64,000 bases of DNA from Myxococcota bacterium (lineage in GTDB: Bacteria; Myxococcota_A; Polyangia; Nannocystales; Nannocystaceae): contig JBCCHT010000003.1 of the NCBI GenBank assembly GCA_039028615.1, positions 416,001 to 480,000 of the forward strand, given 5' to 3'. Of the stretch, positions 7,738 through 18,012 are shown piece by piece. Under the pieces are notes generated by a model. That model saw nothing but the letters and a program-made list of their open reading frames with translations. It made no database searches and was not told the DNA's origin. The stretch's first letter is position 1, and every line of letters begins with the position of its first letter. A program made the position numbers and the translations under genes.

Positions 7738-10707
7738 TCAGCGAGACGGTTTTTTTGGGGGCGAGGGGACTCCCGGCTTCGCGACGCCGCTGCGCAGGTC
7801 GGCGACCCGCGCCCGAAGCTTGGCGAGATCGAGTTTCAGCTCTGCGCTCCCGGGGCCGTCGTAGCCGTCGATGATCGGGGTGACGGTATCGATCTGCTGC
7901 TCGGCATCGTCGAGCTTGCCTTGCTCGGCCAGGCTGATCGACAAGCGGAGCAGGTTGGCGGCATGGCTGGAGGGGCGGCCCGAGGCCTTCTCGAGGATGC
8001 TCTCGACCCGGCGGGCCGACGCTTCGGCGTCGGCGTACTTGCCTTCTTCCAGGGCGATGTCGGCGAGCATCGTGTGAGCCATGGCCGCTTGGAGGTTCGA
8101 AGGGGCATCCCGTTGAAGCTCGAGGGCGCGTTGGAAGCGGGCGCGGGCCTGCGACCACTGCTTGCGCTGCTTGGCGATCATGCCGCGACAGTGCTGAGAT
8201 TCGGCACGCTGGGGGTGCTCGGGGGGGAGCAGCTCCTCTTCGAGGGCCTCGACTCGATCGAGGTACCGATCGGCTTCGTCGAGCTGGCCCGCCCGGCGGT
8301 GGGTCTCGGCCATCGTGTAGAGCAGGCCGAGGGTGCGAGTGTCTCGGCGGTCACCGTGGCGCTGCAGGGCCTGCTCGGTGACGGCGAGGGCTTCGTCGTA
8401 TCGGCGCAGGCTGAGCAGGGTGCTGCTGCGGTTGAGCATGGAGGAGATCACCCACTGGTGGTCCGGCGCGTAGGCCCGGGTGAACAGCTCCTCCGACTCC
8501 TTCAGCATCTCCACGGCGCGGTCGTAGTCCCCCATGGCCCGCAGGGTGTTTCCGAGGTTCATGGTGGTGCCCGCGACCCGCGGGTGGAAGCGTCCGTGGC
8601 GGGCGATGGCTCGCTCGCGGAGCTCGGCGAGGATGACGGCCCGCTCCGCGTTGCGCCCCATCAGGTTGAGGGTATTGGCCATGTCGGAGGAGAGCTGCCA
8701 GCGCAGCCGCGCGTGCTCGCCCGGGTCTTCGTCGAGGATGGTGCGGGCGCGCTGGCAGGCCGCGAGCGCGACCTCGGGCAGGCGCTGCTTGTTCATCACC
8801 TCGCACTCGACCTGCTGGCGGCGGGCCCGGAGCTCGGCGCTCGGGTCGGTTTGTCGGGCGATGGCCGCGTCGGCGTGGCGGAACCACGTCTCCGCGCGGT
8901 CTCGTTCGTTGTTGCGCGTCTGCGAGGCGGCCTCCAGGGCGCGCACGGCCGAGGCCTCGGCGTCGTCGAGCTCGAGCGCGATGGCGTGGGCCTGCTCGAT
9001 CTGGGGGGAGGCCGTGCCGTGATCGACCGCGTGCTGGGCCCGGGACCATTCCTCCAGGGCTTCGCCCTGTACGCTTCGAATCGCGGCGGCCTCGGCCTCG
9101 TGGGCGACGGCCTCGGCCATGGCCGCGGACTCGGCATGCTCGCCCAGCAGCCGTGCCGCCCGAGCCTGCGCCAGCTGGTCTCTCCACGCGCGAGTGCGAG
9201 GCGAGTCGTCGCGGACCTGCATGCCGGGGTCGCTGCACCGTGCCGGGGAGGGCAGGGCGGCCGCGGCAGAGGGGGCTCGTTGGGCGAGGGCGGCGGTCGC
9301 TCCTTCGAGGCGCACGACCAGCGCCTCCGCGTTCGCGAGGCCATCGCGTAGGCATGCCACGCGACGGTCGAGGTCCTCGGGTGGCGCCGTGGCTTCGATC
9401 CACGTCGAGCGGCAGGCGTCGGTGCGAGCCTCGGCCCACTCCGCGGTGAACTCGTCGAGGGTTCGCTCCACGGTGTCGCGGGTGGTCTCGGCGTAGGGCA
9501 CTGCCGTGTCGGCGAGCGCTCGGGCCACGGCTTGGCGCCGCGTGTCGTTCCAGACCCGTTGCGCCTCCGCTCGCGCGTCTTCGGGATCGCACCGCGCGGT
9601 CGAGGAGGCCGGGTCACCGCGCATGGCGAACCCGATGGCCAATGCGCCCGCCGCCACGCCCAGTGTCGCCGCGAGCAGGCCGGCCCGGCGTCGCGGCGCG
9701 GTGCTGGCCCGAGACAGCGCGGCGAGCAGGTGCTTCATGGAGGGATGGCGACCCGCGGGATTCACCGCCATCGCGCGGCGCAAGACGGTATTCACCGCGC
9801 CCGGAACCGCGGCCACGGCGGGCGGGCTCATCGATCCCTGCTCGATGTCCGCGAGCAGTCCCGGCAGAGAGCTGGCGGTGAACGGCGGCACGCCGTGCAG
9901 CACCTCCCAGGCGCTGACGGCAAAGCAGAACTGATCGCTGCGAAGATCTGCGACCGCGCCGCGATGCTGCTCGGGAGACATGTAGCGCGGCGTCCCCATC
10001 ACCGTCCCCGTGAGCGTCAGGCGGTGATGCGCTGAATCGAGGGGCGGGTCGTCGCCAGGGTCGGTCGAGTGGCGCTCCGGCGAGTCGGTCGTGCTGTCCG
10101 GGGCGCCGATGGACGCGAGCCCGAAGTCGGCCACCTTGACCACCCCGTCCTCGCCCACCAACACGTTGGCCGGCTTGAAGTCTCGATGCACCACCCCGCG
10201 CTCGTGGGCCGCGACCAGGCCTCGGCCCGCGGCCAGCAGCATGGCCAGAGCCCGTCGCCAGCGGCCGGGGTCGTCGGCAGGGTTGCCCTCGGCCCAGCCC
10301 GCGAGCGTGGTGCCGGCCACCAGCTCCATGGCGATGAAGTCCCGGTCTTCCGCGTGCCCGATCTCGAACACCGCGACGAGGTTGGGGTGCTCCACCTGCG
10401 CCATCGCCTGCGCTTCCCGACGCAGGCGCTCGATCTGCACCGACGTCGCGCCGCGATGCAGCAGCTTGAGCGCGACCTTGCGGTCCAGGCGGGGATCGGT
10501 GGACTCGTAGACCTCGCCGAACGCCCCCGCTCCGAGGCGCGGGCCGACCTCGTAGCGACCGAACTTCTCGGTGGTTTGCTCGTGGCCGAAGACCCGGGTG
10601 AGCAACGATGCGAGGCCTCGGCGTCCCGCGAGATCGAGCGGCGCGGCCTCGGGTCGTGCCTCACGGACCGCTCTTGCTTCGAGATCGTCCTCGCTATCCG
10701 CGACCAT
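7738..10707 (-). CDS. Ser/Thr protein kinase with transmembrane segment and C-terminal TPR repeats
   Basis: LGAGAFGEVY, VALKLL, VHRDFKPAN, VADFGLA, GTPRYMSPEQ; TM helix around LLAATLGVAAGALAIGF; TPRs such as HPRVAGTTMNLGNTL. Confidence 0.95.
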   Translation of the reverse strand: MVADSEDDLEARAVREARPEAAPLDLAGRRGLASLLTRVFGHEQTTEKFGRYEVGPRLGAGAFGEVYESTDPRLDRKVALKLLHRGATSVQIERLRREAQAMAQVEHPNLVAVFEIGHAEDRDFIAMELVAGTTLAGWAEGNPADDPGRWRRALAMLLAAGRGLVAAHERGVVHRDFKPANVLVGEDGVVKVADFGLASIGAPDSTTDSPERHSTDPGDDPPLDSAHHRLTLTGTVMGTPRYMSPEQHRGAVADLRSDQFCFAVSAWEVLHGVPPFTASSLPGLLADIEQGSMSPPAVAAVPGAVNTVLRRAMAVNPAGRHPSMKHLLAALSRASTAPRRRAGLLAATLGVAAGALAIGFAMRGDPASSTARCDPEDARAEAQRVWNDTRRQAVARALADTAVPYAETTRDTVERTLDEFTAEWAEARTDACRSTWIEATAPPEDLDRRVACLRDGLANAEALVVRLEGATAALAQRAPSAAAALPSPARCSDPGMQVRDDSPRTRAWRDQLAQARAARLLGEHAESAAMAEAVAHEAEAAAIRSVQGEALEEWSRAQHAVDHGTASPQIEQAHAIALELDDAEASAVRALEAASQTRNNERDRAETWFRHADAAIARQTDPSAELRARRQQVECEVMNKQRLPEVALAACQRARTILDEDPGEHARLRWQLSSDMANTLNLMGRNAERAVILAELRERAIARHGRFHPRVAGTTMNLGNTLRAMGDYDRAVEMLKESEELFTRAYAPDHQWVISSMLNRSSTLLSLRRYDEALAVTEQALQRHGDRRDTRTLGLLYTMAETHRRAGQLDEADRYLDRVEALEEELLPPEHPQRAESQHCRGMIAKQRKQWSQARARFQRALELQRDAPSNLQAAMAHTMLADIALEEGKYADAEASARRVESILEKASGRPSSHAANLLRLSISLAEQGKLDDAEQQIDTVTPIIDGYDGPGSAELKLDLAKLRARVADLRSGVAKPGVPSPPKKPSR

Positions 10708-10841
10708 CGGCAGGGCTCGACGGCCACTAGGGTAGCAAGCGTCGGGCTCCTGTCAGCTCGGCGCGAAAGGACGGACGAGCGTGTCGGGGATCAATGGAGC
10801 GCGTGCGCTCGATCGCTCCCCGGGCCCGCGGTGAGCCGGGG

Positions 10842-11843
10842 TCAACGCTGACCGTGGGGCGGCTGACCCGGCTGCGGCGGGTAGCCCTGCTGGGGCTGAC
10901 CGGGCTGCTGGAACCCCTGCGGCTGGCCGGGCTGGGGATAGCCCTGCTGAGGCTGACCGGGCTGCTGGAACCCCTGAGGCTGACCGGGTTGCGGGTAGCC
11001 CTGCTGAGGCTGACCGGGCTGCTGGAACCCCTGGGGCTGACCGGGCTGGGGATAACCCTGCGGCTGGGGCTGACCGGGTTGCTGGAACCCCTGGGGCTGA
11101 CCGGGCTGCGGATAGCCCGGCTGGGGCTGGCCGGGCTGCTGGAATCCGGGCTGGGGCGCCTGCGCGTGGGCCTGCGGAGCTTGGGGCGCGGGCGCGTGAC
11201 CCATCAGCTGCAGCAGATTCGCGCGGGCCTCTGGATCCGGGATGCCCTGCGCGGTGAGGTGAGCGACCGCCCACTCGAGGCGCTGCTCGTGCGGCGCGAC
11301 GACGTTGTTGTTGTACAGCGCAAGCGCCTGTTGGTAGCGCGGGTCGGCGGCCAGGGGATGGTTCGGATCGATCGATGCCGCCTCGTCCTCGTCCTCGTCT
11401 TCGTCGTCGTCGCCCCCGCTCACGAGGCTGAACACGATGAAGCCCACCACCAACACTCCGATCACGATGAGGCCCGGCGGCACCGTGTATGTGAACGGCT
11501 TCTTCAGCTCGTCGATGGAGGAGACACCCGCCGCCTCGGCGATCTTGGCGGGCTCGCCCGTCCAGAACTCGTCGTCGCGGTAGAGCACGAACTCGCCGTC
11601 CCACGACCACAGCTCCACGAAGAACAGACCGAACTGCTCGTACTTGTAGCCCACCGCCACGCCGGGCCCGATCTCCTCCTCGAGCGCCTTGGCCACCTCG
11701 GGGTCGAGGTCGGCGACGTGCGTGATGCTGTCGCCGCTGGTGATGAGCACGAGGCCTCGTTTCCTGGCCTGCGCGTCTCGTTGGGCCAGGAACACGACCA
11801 GCAACGCGACCAAGGGGAGAAGTCGAGCGAGGGGGCGGGGCAT
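10842..11843 (-). CDS. Single-pass membrane protein with Gln/Pro/Gly-rich repeat tail
   Basis: Signal peptide, extracytoplasmic domain, [20 protein letters not shown], acidic patch, then ([19 protein letters not shown])n. Confidence 0.8.
   Translation of the reverse strand: MPRPLARLLPLVALLVVFLAQRDAQARKRGLVLITSGDSITHVADLDPEVAKALEEEIGPGVAVGYKYEQFGLFFVELWSWDGEFVLYRDDEFWTGEPAKIAEAAGVSSIDELKKPFTYTVPPGLIVIGVLVVGFIVFSLVSGGDDDEDEDEDEAASIDPNHPLAADPRYQQALALYNNNVVAPHEQRLEWAVAHLTAQGIPDPEARANLLQLMGHAPAPQAPQAHAQAPQPGFQQPGQPQPGYPQPGQPQGFQQPGQPQPQGYPQPGQPQGFQQPGQPQQGYPQPGQPQGFQQPGQPQQGYPQPGQPQGFQQPGQPQQGYPPQPGQPPHGQR
10850..11150 (-). repeat. Intragenic coding tandem repeat, about 57-bp unit encoding QPG/GYP/GFQ motifs
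   Basis: Recurrent gctgaccgggctgctggaacccctg units on the plus strand. Confidence 0.8.
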
Positions 11844-11935
11844 GTCACCAGCGTCTCATGAAACGGGCGGTAGCGCTCGGCCCCACGGCCGCGTGTCGGG
11901 GGGCTCGAGCCCCCCGAGGCCCTCAGCCTCCGTCG

Positions 11936-13300
11936 TCAGTGGTCGGCGTCGGTGCTGGTACTCGTGGGCTCGAACGAAGCCTTACGGCGGATCCACCACA
12001 CCAACGCGCAGGCTACCGTGGCCAAGCCGAAGCACAGCCCCCACCACAGGCCTTCGAGGCCGAAGTCCCCGAGGGTCGACGCGGCCAGGGCCACGGGCAG
12101 CGCCAGCACGTAGTACGCCACGAGGTTGAAGACGGCGGCGGGGCGAGTGGCCCCGATGCCCCGCAACACGCCACCCCCGACGACCTGGGTGCCATCGAAG
12201 AGCTGGAACGCGGCGGCGATGGGGAGGATGCCCGCCGCGAGCCCGATGACCTCGGCCTCCGGGGTGTACAGCGTCGGCAGCTGCTCGCGCAGCGCCACGA
12301 AGAGCACGGCGCTGAGCACCATCACCCCAGCGCCCAGCGCCAGCGCGATGGTGGCCGAGCGCTTGGCGTCCTCGGTCCGACCGGCCCCCACCAGGTTGCC
12401 CACGCGGGTGGCCGCCCCCTGCGAGATGCCCATGGGGATCATGAACGACAGGGAGGCGAGGTTGAGGACGATGACGTGAGCCGCGAGCTCGGCCTCGCCG
12501 AGCATGCCCGCCATCAGGGTGGCGATGTGGAAGGCCCAGGTCTCGAGCCCATACTGGATGCCGATGGGCGTGCCGTGCTTGACGATCTCGGTGATGCCCG
12601 CGGCCTCGACGGAGGCCCGCGAGGGTCGAACCCAGGCGCCGCGGTGCAGCTTGGCGAAGTAGGTCCAGCCGACCAGGGTGGCCAGCATCACGCAGCGGGT
12701 CAGCCCCGTGGCCAGGCCCGCGCCGCGCAGGCCCATGGCGGGCAGGCCCAGGTGCCCGAAGATCAGCGCCCAGTTGGCGACCACGTTGAACAGGTTGGCC
12801 ACCACCACCGCGACCAGGGCGGGGGCCACGATGCCGCGTCCTTGGAGGTACTGCCGCACGGCAAAGAACCCGAGCAGCGGCCAGAGGCTGAACAGCTGGA
12901 TCTCGACGTACTCGCCCGCGGCCGTGGCCAGGGCCTCGTTTTGCCCGAGCACCGCGAGGCTGGGCGCTGCCCACCACCACGCGGCGGAGATGAGCGGGGT
13001 GACCAGAGCCGCGACGATCAGTCCGTGGTGCAGGGCCAGGGCCACTCGTCGGCCCTGCTTGGCGCCGTGGGCCTGGGTGACCACCGGATCCATGCCCAGC
13101 ACCAGGCCGATGCCGAACACGGCGGTACCCCACGCCCACAGCGAGCCCAGGGCCGCGGCGTCGAGGGCCTCGGTGCCGAGCTGGCCGACCATCATGGTGT
13201 CGACGACGCCGGTCAGCATCACCCCCAGCTGCGTCGCCGCAACGGGCAGGCCCAAGCGCAGCAGCGCTCGAAGCTCGGACGATGAGGTGGCGGCAGCCAT
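11936..13300 (-). CDS. MATE family efflux transporter (NorM-like)
   Basis: LGLPV..TQL, VDTMMVGQLG, MDPVVTQAHGA, TRVGNLVGAG, FQLFDGTQVVGGGVLRG; about 12 TM segments. Confidence 0.95.
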   Translation of the reverse strand: MAAATSSSELRALLRLGLPVAATQLGVMLTGVVDTMMVGQLGTEALDAAALGSLWAWGTAVFGIGLVLGMDPVVTQAHGAKQGRRVALALHHGLIVAALVTPLISAAWWWAAPSLAVLGQNEALATAAGEYVEIQLFSLWPLLGFFAVRQYLQGRGIVAPALVAVVVANLFNVVANWALIFGHLGLPAMGLRGAGLATGLTRCVMLATLVGWTYFAKLHRGAWVRPSRASVEAAGITEIVKHGTPIGIQYGLETWAFHIATLMAGMLGEAELAAHVIVLNLASLSFMIPMGISQGAATRVGNLVGAGRTEDAKRSATIALALGAGVMVLSAVLFVALREQLPTLYTPEAEVIGLAAGILPIAAAFQLFDGTQVVGGGVLRGIGATRPAAVFNLVAYYVLALPVALAASTLGDFGLEGLWWGLCFGLATVACALVWWIRRKASFEPTSTSTDADH

Positions 13301-13453
13301 CGAACGGCGGACTGTAGCAGCGAACGCCGCCGATGCTCGTCGGACGTGACTTTGATGCGGCTGCGGGAGGCTGCTCGCGGACGGGGGCGGCCGTCGTCCC
13401 CGAACTCGAGGAGCAATCGAAGCACGGCGGGCGGCCGGAGTTCCGGGGCGCCT

Positions 13454-14713
13454 TCAAGGGGTGGAGTCGTCGGGCTCGAGCGCTTGAAGTCGCCCCTGAA
13501 GATAGCGGCGCTCGGTGTCGTTGCTGGCGAGCTCGAGTGCGCTCTCGTAGGCCGCCGCGGCCTCTCGGTCGCGCCCCGCTCGCCGCAGCAGGTCGGCGCG
13601 GGCGGCCGGCAACAAGTGGTAGCCCGAGAGCGTGCCCTCTCGCTCCAGCCGGTCGAGACGGTCGAGACCGACCTCCGGGCCCTCGGCCATGGCGATGGCC
13701 ACCGCACGGTTGAGCTCGACGATCGGCGAGGGCCGATGCTGCGCCAACGCACCGTAGAGCGCCGCGATTTGGGCCCAGTCGGTGTCGGCTGCGGTGCGGG
13801 CCCGACCGTGCAGGGCGGCGATGGCCCCCTGGATCTGGTACGGCCCCGGTCGGTGCAGCGTCATGGCCACATCGAGGTGCTCACAGCCCTGGTGGATCTG
13901 CGCGTGGTCCCACTGCGAGCGGTCTTGTTGCTCGAGCGGGATGAGCTCGTCGTCGGCCCCCACCCGAGCGGTGCGGCGGGCATCGTGCAGCAGCATCAGC
14001 GCGAGCAGCCCGTGCACCTCGGGCTCCTCGGGCATCAGCTCGGTGAGGATCCGGGCGAGGCGGATCGCTTCGCGGCACAGCTCGGCGCGGATCAACGCCT
14101 GCCCGGCCGTCGCGGTGTAGCCCTCGTTGAACACGAGGTAGATCACCGCCAGCACCGAGGCGAGTCGCTCGGGCCACGCGGCGGGGGCCGGGACCTCGTA
14201 GGGGATGCCCGCCTGCTTGATCTTGCGCTTGGCCCGGACCAGGCGCTGGGCCATGGTGGTTTCTTTGGTCAGGAAGGCCCGGGCGATCTCCCCGGTCGAC
14301 AACCCGCCCAGCGTGCTCAGGGTCAGGGCCACGCGGGCATGCTGCGCCAGCGCGGGGTGGCAGCAGGTGAAGACCAGGCGCATGCGCTCGTCGGGCAGCT
14401 CCTGGTCGAGCAGCTCGTCGAGCGCATGCTCGGCCTTGGCCAGCATGCGCAGCTCGTCCTCCCGATCGGAGTGGGTCTTGCGGCGACGGATCCGATCGAG
14501 GGCACGGTTGCGCGCCACCGTGGTCAACCACGCCCCCGGCCGCTGCGGCACGCCTTCCTTGGGCCAGCGCCGCAGCGCGATCGCGAAGGCATCTTGCAGC
14601 ACGTCCTGGGCCAGCTCGAACTCGCCGATGATCCGAATGAGCCCGGACAGCACGCGCCCGGATTCCTCGCGGAAGACGCGATCGATCGTGCCGGACAGGG
14701 CGGTCGAGCTCAT
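13454..14713 (-). CDS. ECF RNA polymerase sigma factor with C-terminal TPR extension (ECF42-type)
   Basis: [75 protein letters not shown]; lies directly downstream of a DGPF gene. Confidence 0.93.
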   Translation of the reverse strand: MSSTALSGTIDRVFREESGRVLSGLIRIIGEFELAQDVLQDAFAIALRRWPKEGVPQRPGAWLTTVARNRALDRIRRRKTHSDREDELRMLAKAEHALDELLDQELPDERMRLVFTCCHPALAQHARVALTLSTLGGLSTGEIARAFLTKETTMAQRLVRAKRKIKQAGIPYEVPAPAAWPERLASVLAVIYLVFNEGYTATAGQALIRAELCREAIRLARILTELMPEEPEVHGLLALMLLHDARRTARVGADDELIPLEQQDRSQWDHAQIHQGCEHLDVAMTLHRPGPYQIQGAIAALHGRARTAADTDWAQIAALYGALAQHRPSPIVELNRAVAIAMAEGPEVGLDRLDRLEREGTLSGYHLLPAARADLLRRAGRDREAAAAYESALELASNDTERRYLQGRLQALEPDDSTP

Positions 14714-14741
14714 ACGGTGGGGGCCGGAGGGCGTGGCCCGG

Positions 14742-15089
14742 TCACCAGACCATCAGCGGTCGGACCTCGATCGAACCCATGCGGGCGGTCGGGATCTGGG
14801 CCGCCCAGTGCAGGGCCTCGTCGAGGTCCTTGCACTCGAGCAGGTAGTAGCCGCCCAACTGCTCCTTGGTCTCGGCGAAGGGCCCGTCGGTGGTCAGCGT
14901 CTGGCCTTCGCGAATGCGAATGGTGGTCGCGGTGTCGACCGGCTTGAGGGCGTCGCCCGCCACGAACACCCCGGCCTTCTTCACCGCCTCGGTGAACGCG
15001 GTGTAGTCGGCCATGAGCTGCTTCTGCTCCTCGGGGGTGATGGAGTTGCGGTTGTGCTCGGTGTCGTAGATGAGGGCCATGTACTGCAT
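14742..15089 (-). CDS. YciI/DGPF domain protein
   Basis: [31 protein letters not shown]...IEVRP. Confidence 0.95.
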   Translation of the reverse strand: MQYMALIYDTEHNRNSITPEEQKQLMADYTAFTEAVKKAGVFVAGDALKPVDTATTIRIREGQTLTTDGPFAETKEQLGGYYLLECKDLDEALHWAAQIPTARMGSIEVRPLMVW

Positions 15090-15157
15090 GGGGTCGCTCC
15101 GTGAGGGGGGCAAATCGTAGGATGTGTGGTCGCCGAAGCGCGACCGCTCGACCTCAC

Positions 15158-15184
15158 GACGGGTGGAAGTGGCCCAGATCGACA
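15158..15184 (-). promoter_or_regulatory. Putative ECF42-dependent promoter of the DGPF-sigma operon
   Basis: Minus strand TGTCGA-N17-CGTC about 70 nt upstream of the DGPF start; fits the ECF42 consensus as I recall it (TGTCGA / CG[AT]C). Confidence 0.65.
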
Positions 15185-15307
15185 GCCCTGCCGATTTTTT
15201 TCGGCGCCCCGCTCGCAGAAACTGAGCTCCGGGGGGCCGAATGCTCCGAGACCGACATGATTTCAGGAGGTTGGCGGACTACGGGCGCTCGCCCGTCTGA
15301 CCGAGTG

Positions 15308-15694
15308 ATGACCCAACCTGCACAGAAAATCGTCGTCGGCGTGTTCAATCCTGGCGAGTCCGCGGCCGACAACGGGCGCATGGTCCATGCCCTGAAGCTC
15401 GCCAAGGGGCTCATCGACGCGGGCGCCGAGGTGGAGCTGGTCTTCGAGGGCAAGGCGGTGACCTGGCTGCCCCGGCTGACGAACCGCACCGAGGACAGCC
15501 ACCCCTTCGACAAGCACTACGGGCCGGTCTTCGACGCCGTCCGCAGCCGGGTCCGAGCCTGCAACATGTGCTGCAAGCGCTTCGACGTCTACGACGCGGT
15601 CCGTGCCGCCGAGATCCCCATCGTGGGCGAGGGCAAGGACCACATCGACATCGCAGCCTACGTGCTCGACGGCTACCAGGTGATCAACCACTGA
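15308..15694 (+). CDS. DsrE/DsrF-like family protein
   Basis: GRMVHALKLAKGL..AGAEVELVFEGKAV, ACNMCC, YVLDGYQVI. Confidence 0.8.
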   Translation: MTQPAQKIVVGVFNPGESAADNGRMVHALKLAKGLIDAGAEVELVFEGKAVTWLPRLTNRTEDSHPFDKHYGPVFDAVRSRVRACNMCCKRFDVYDAVRAAEIPIVGEGKDHIDIAAYVLDGYQVINH

Positions 15695-15725
15695 CGGGGC
15701 GTGGCCCCGCCGATGGGGATGAGCG

Positions 15726-17837
15726 TCAGTCCTTGGCGATGGTGGAGAGCATGCCCTGGCCCGGAGGGGCGGCCATCAGCTCCATCATTTGTTCGTCGGA
15801 CAGGCCCTCGACGACGTCGGGGCGACCGCCGTCTTCGGGGGCGATCAGCCGGATCGGGTACCGCAGCACGTAGACCTTGTCGTCGAGCTCGCCCGCGGGG
15901 ATGTCGAGGGCCCACGCGGCCTCGCGCAGGCAGCTGGTGAGTTTTTCGTCGGGCGCCTCGTACTCGGCCCCCTGCAGCTCGGCGAGCATGACTTCACCCT
16001 TGGCGACCTCCATCTGCATGGTGGCGCGACCGGCCTGGCCGGGGTCGCGGCGCAGCGCGTGGTTGTAGCAGACGCGTGCGCGCGGCAAGACGCGGGTGGT
16101 GAGGTAGTGGCGGAAGATCTTGCGATCGAGGTAGCCCTTGCGCTGGATGCCCCCGCGACCGGCCTGGGCGATGCCCTGCCGAGCCGTGCGTTCATCCTCG
16201 AACTCGTACCAAGGGGGGCGCACGAAGCCTTCGGCGGCGGCTTCATCGGGCGGACCTCCGACCATGGCGGCCAGAGCCTGAGGCAATCGCTCTTGTTCGT
16301 CGGCCCGCATGCGCTTGAGGACGTCGTCGCCCGCGAAGCTGCCGGTCACCTCGAGGGCGGCAGCCGGCTTGCCCACGTAGTGGCCCGTGAGCAAGGCGAA
16401 GTTGCCCGCCACCAGGCCGCGGGGCGGCGGCTGATCGAGGACCATGTTCTCGGGGAGCTCGAGCCCGAGCTCGCCGAGCACCCGCGGTGCGGCGAGGAGG
16501 CTGGCGTCGGCCCGCCCCTCGAGCTGACCCACCGTCTCGAGGCTGATGCGAGCCCCGAGCGCAGCGGCGATGCGGGCGATGGGGTGGCTGGGGTCGAGGC
16601 CCGAGCGCACCAGCATGGGGTCGTCGACGACGAACAGCACCTCGGGACGACGACCGCGACGCCCGACCGCCTTGTCGAAGGCCCGCCGGACCTTCTCGGG
16701 CTCGAGGCTGATCGGGAGCATGCCGTCGGTGACGATCACGATCATCGGTCGCTTGGCGCCGAAGTCTTTGGCCCGATCGACGGCGCTGACGAGGGTGGCG
16801 ACCAGGTCGGTGCCCGGACCTCGCTCGTTGGCGTCGAGGGCGAGCCGGAGCTCGCTGCGGGCCTTGGAATCTCCGACCTTGGGCGCTTTGGAGCGCTCGC
16901 CGACCAGCGGCACGACGCGCCGGGCGAAACCGAGGCCATCGAAGGTGGTGGAGGCGGGCAGGTCGTCGAGCAGACCCTCGAACATGCGATGGGTCTGGCT
17001 CTGCAGCATGGAGCTGGTGGACAGCGAGCGATCGACGGCGAGCACGACGTGATCGGGGCGCGGCGGCTTGGCCTGGCCCAGGCGCAGGTAGACGCGGAAC
17101 TCGCCGTCGTCGAAGCCGGGCGGCCCGGGGGTGATCTCGTAGCGGCCCTCGAGCACCGACTTGCGGGCGAGATGAGCGGGCCACTTCACCGTGACGCCGC
17201 TATGGCCTCGCGTGACGATGTAGGGCTTGCCGCGGTTGCTGGTGTCGTCGACCCAGAACGGCTCGTTCTTGCGGAGGCCCTTCACCAAGACCCGGCGATC
17301 GGGCACGAGGTTGATCTGGTCGTGGCCGCGGGCGGGGAGGTCGAGCTCCCAGTTGTTGCCGCGCATGCGCGGGTACACGGCGACGGTGAGCTCGACCTGG
17401 ATGGTGGTGCTGGGCTCGAGGCCGAACGCGATGACCTCGGCCGCGGGCAGGCCCCCGCGCTCGGGCGGCGGCAGGGGCCGGGCGAACACGGCCCCCGGAT
17501 CGCGGCGGGCGGGCTCGTTCTCGATGAGGGTGGCGGCACCGTCGGTCCACTTGCCGTTGCGGGCGACCCGGATGCCCCGCAGCTGAGCCGTGGGCGGCAG
17601 GCCCAGGCTGGCCACGGCGTCGCGCGGGGTGGCGCTGGCGTTGTGCAGCGCGGTGCGAATGCGAAGGTTCACCGCGTAGCCATCGGCCGCGTCGATGATG
17701 GCTTCGTAGCTCAGCTCTTCGACCGCGATGTAGCCCGATTCCCCGTCGTTTCGCTCTGCGCTCAGCTGATCGGCGTGGGCGATGCAGGGGATCGAGAGCC
17801 CCAATGCCAAACCAAATAGTCGAGTGAGGGCCCGCAC
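15726..17837 (-). CDS. Secreted VIT-like + vWA domain protein with C-terminal TonB-C/AgmX-PglI-like domain
   Basis: Signal peptide (IAHA-D); MIDAS DRSLS...GTDL...VTDG; C-terminal ARVCYNHALRRDPGQAGR...LTSCL...YPIRL. GTG start inferred. Confidence 0.75.
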   Translation of the reverse strand: MRALTRLFGLALGLSIPCIAHADQLSAERNDGESGYIAVEELSYEAIIDAADGYAVNLRIRTALHNASATPRDAVASLGLPPTAQLRGIRVARNGKWTDGAATLIENEPARRDPGAVFARPLPPPERGGLPAAEVIAFGLEPSTTIQVELTVAVYPRMRGNNWELDLPARGHDQINLVPDRRVLVKGLRKNEPFWVDDTSNRGKPYIVTRGHSGVTVKWPAHLARKSVLEGRYEITPGPPGFDDGEFRVYLRLGQAKPPRPDHVVLAVDRSLSTSSMLQSQTHRMFEGLLDDLPASTTFDGLGFARRVVPLVGERSKAPKVGDSKARSELRLALDANERGPGTDLVATLVSAVDRAKDFGAKRPMIVIVTDGMLPISLEPEKVRRAFDKAVGRRGRRPEVLFVVDDPMLVRSGLDPSHPIARIAAALGARISLETVGQLEGRADASLLAAPRVLGELGLELPENMVLDQPPPRGLVAGNFALLTGHYVGKPAAALEVTGSFAGDDVLKRMRADEQERLPQALAAMVGGPPDEAAAEGFVRPPWYEFEDERTARQGIAQAGRGGIQRKGYLDRKIFRHYLTTRVLPRARVCYNHALRRDPGQAGRATMQMEVAKGEVMLAELQGAEYEAPDEKLTSCLREAAWALDIPAGELDDKVYVLRYPIRLIAPEDGGRPDVVEGLSDEQMMELMAAPPGQGMLSTIAKD

Positions 17838-18012
17838 GTTAGTCACCGTAGCCCATATCGAGGAGCGTCGCCTGCGACCTCCCGAGTTCGTCCTTCGCAT
17901 GCTCTAGCTCACGGACCCCGATGGCGCGTGTTCCCAGGTTCGCGCCTGAGCGCCGCGAGCGCTGATCTTCGCTGCGCTGGCCGTGGTGGTGTCGCACGGC
18001 CGCCTTTCGGTT

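Noticed and set aside
15789..17819. Long antisense or alternate-frame ORFs (e.g. 15789..17819 +, 21400..24255 -, 49101..51062 +, 56207..57985 +, 30425..32005 -)
   Set aside because: Shadow ORFs expected in very GC-rich DNA; they overlap genes with clear motifs and show no recognisable domains.
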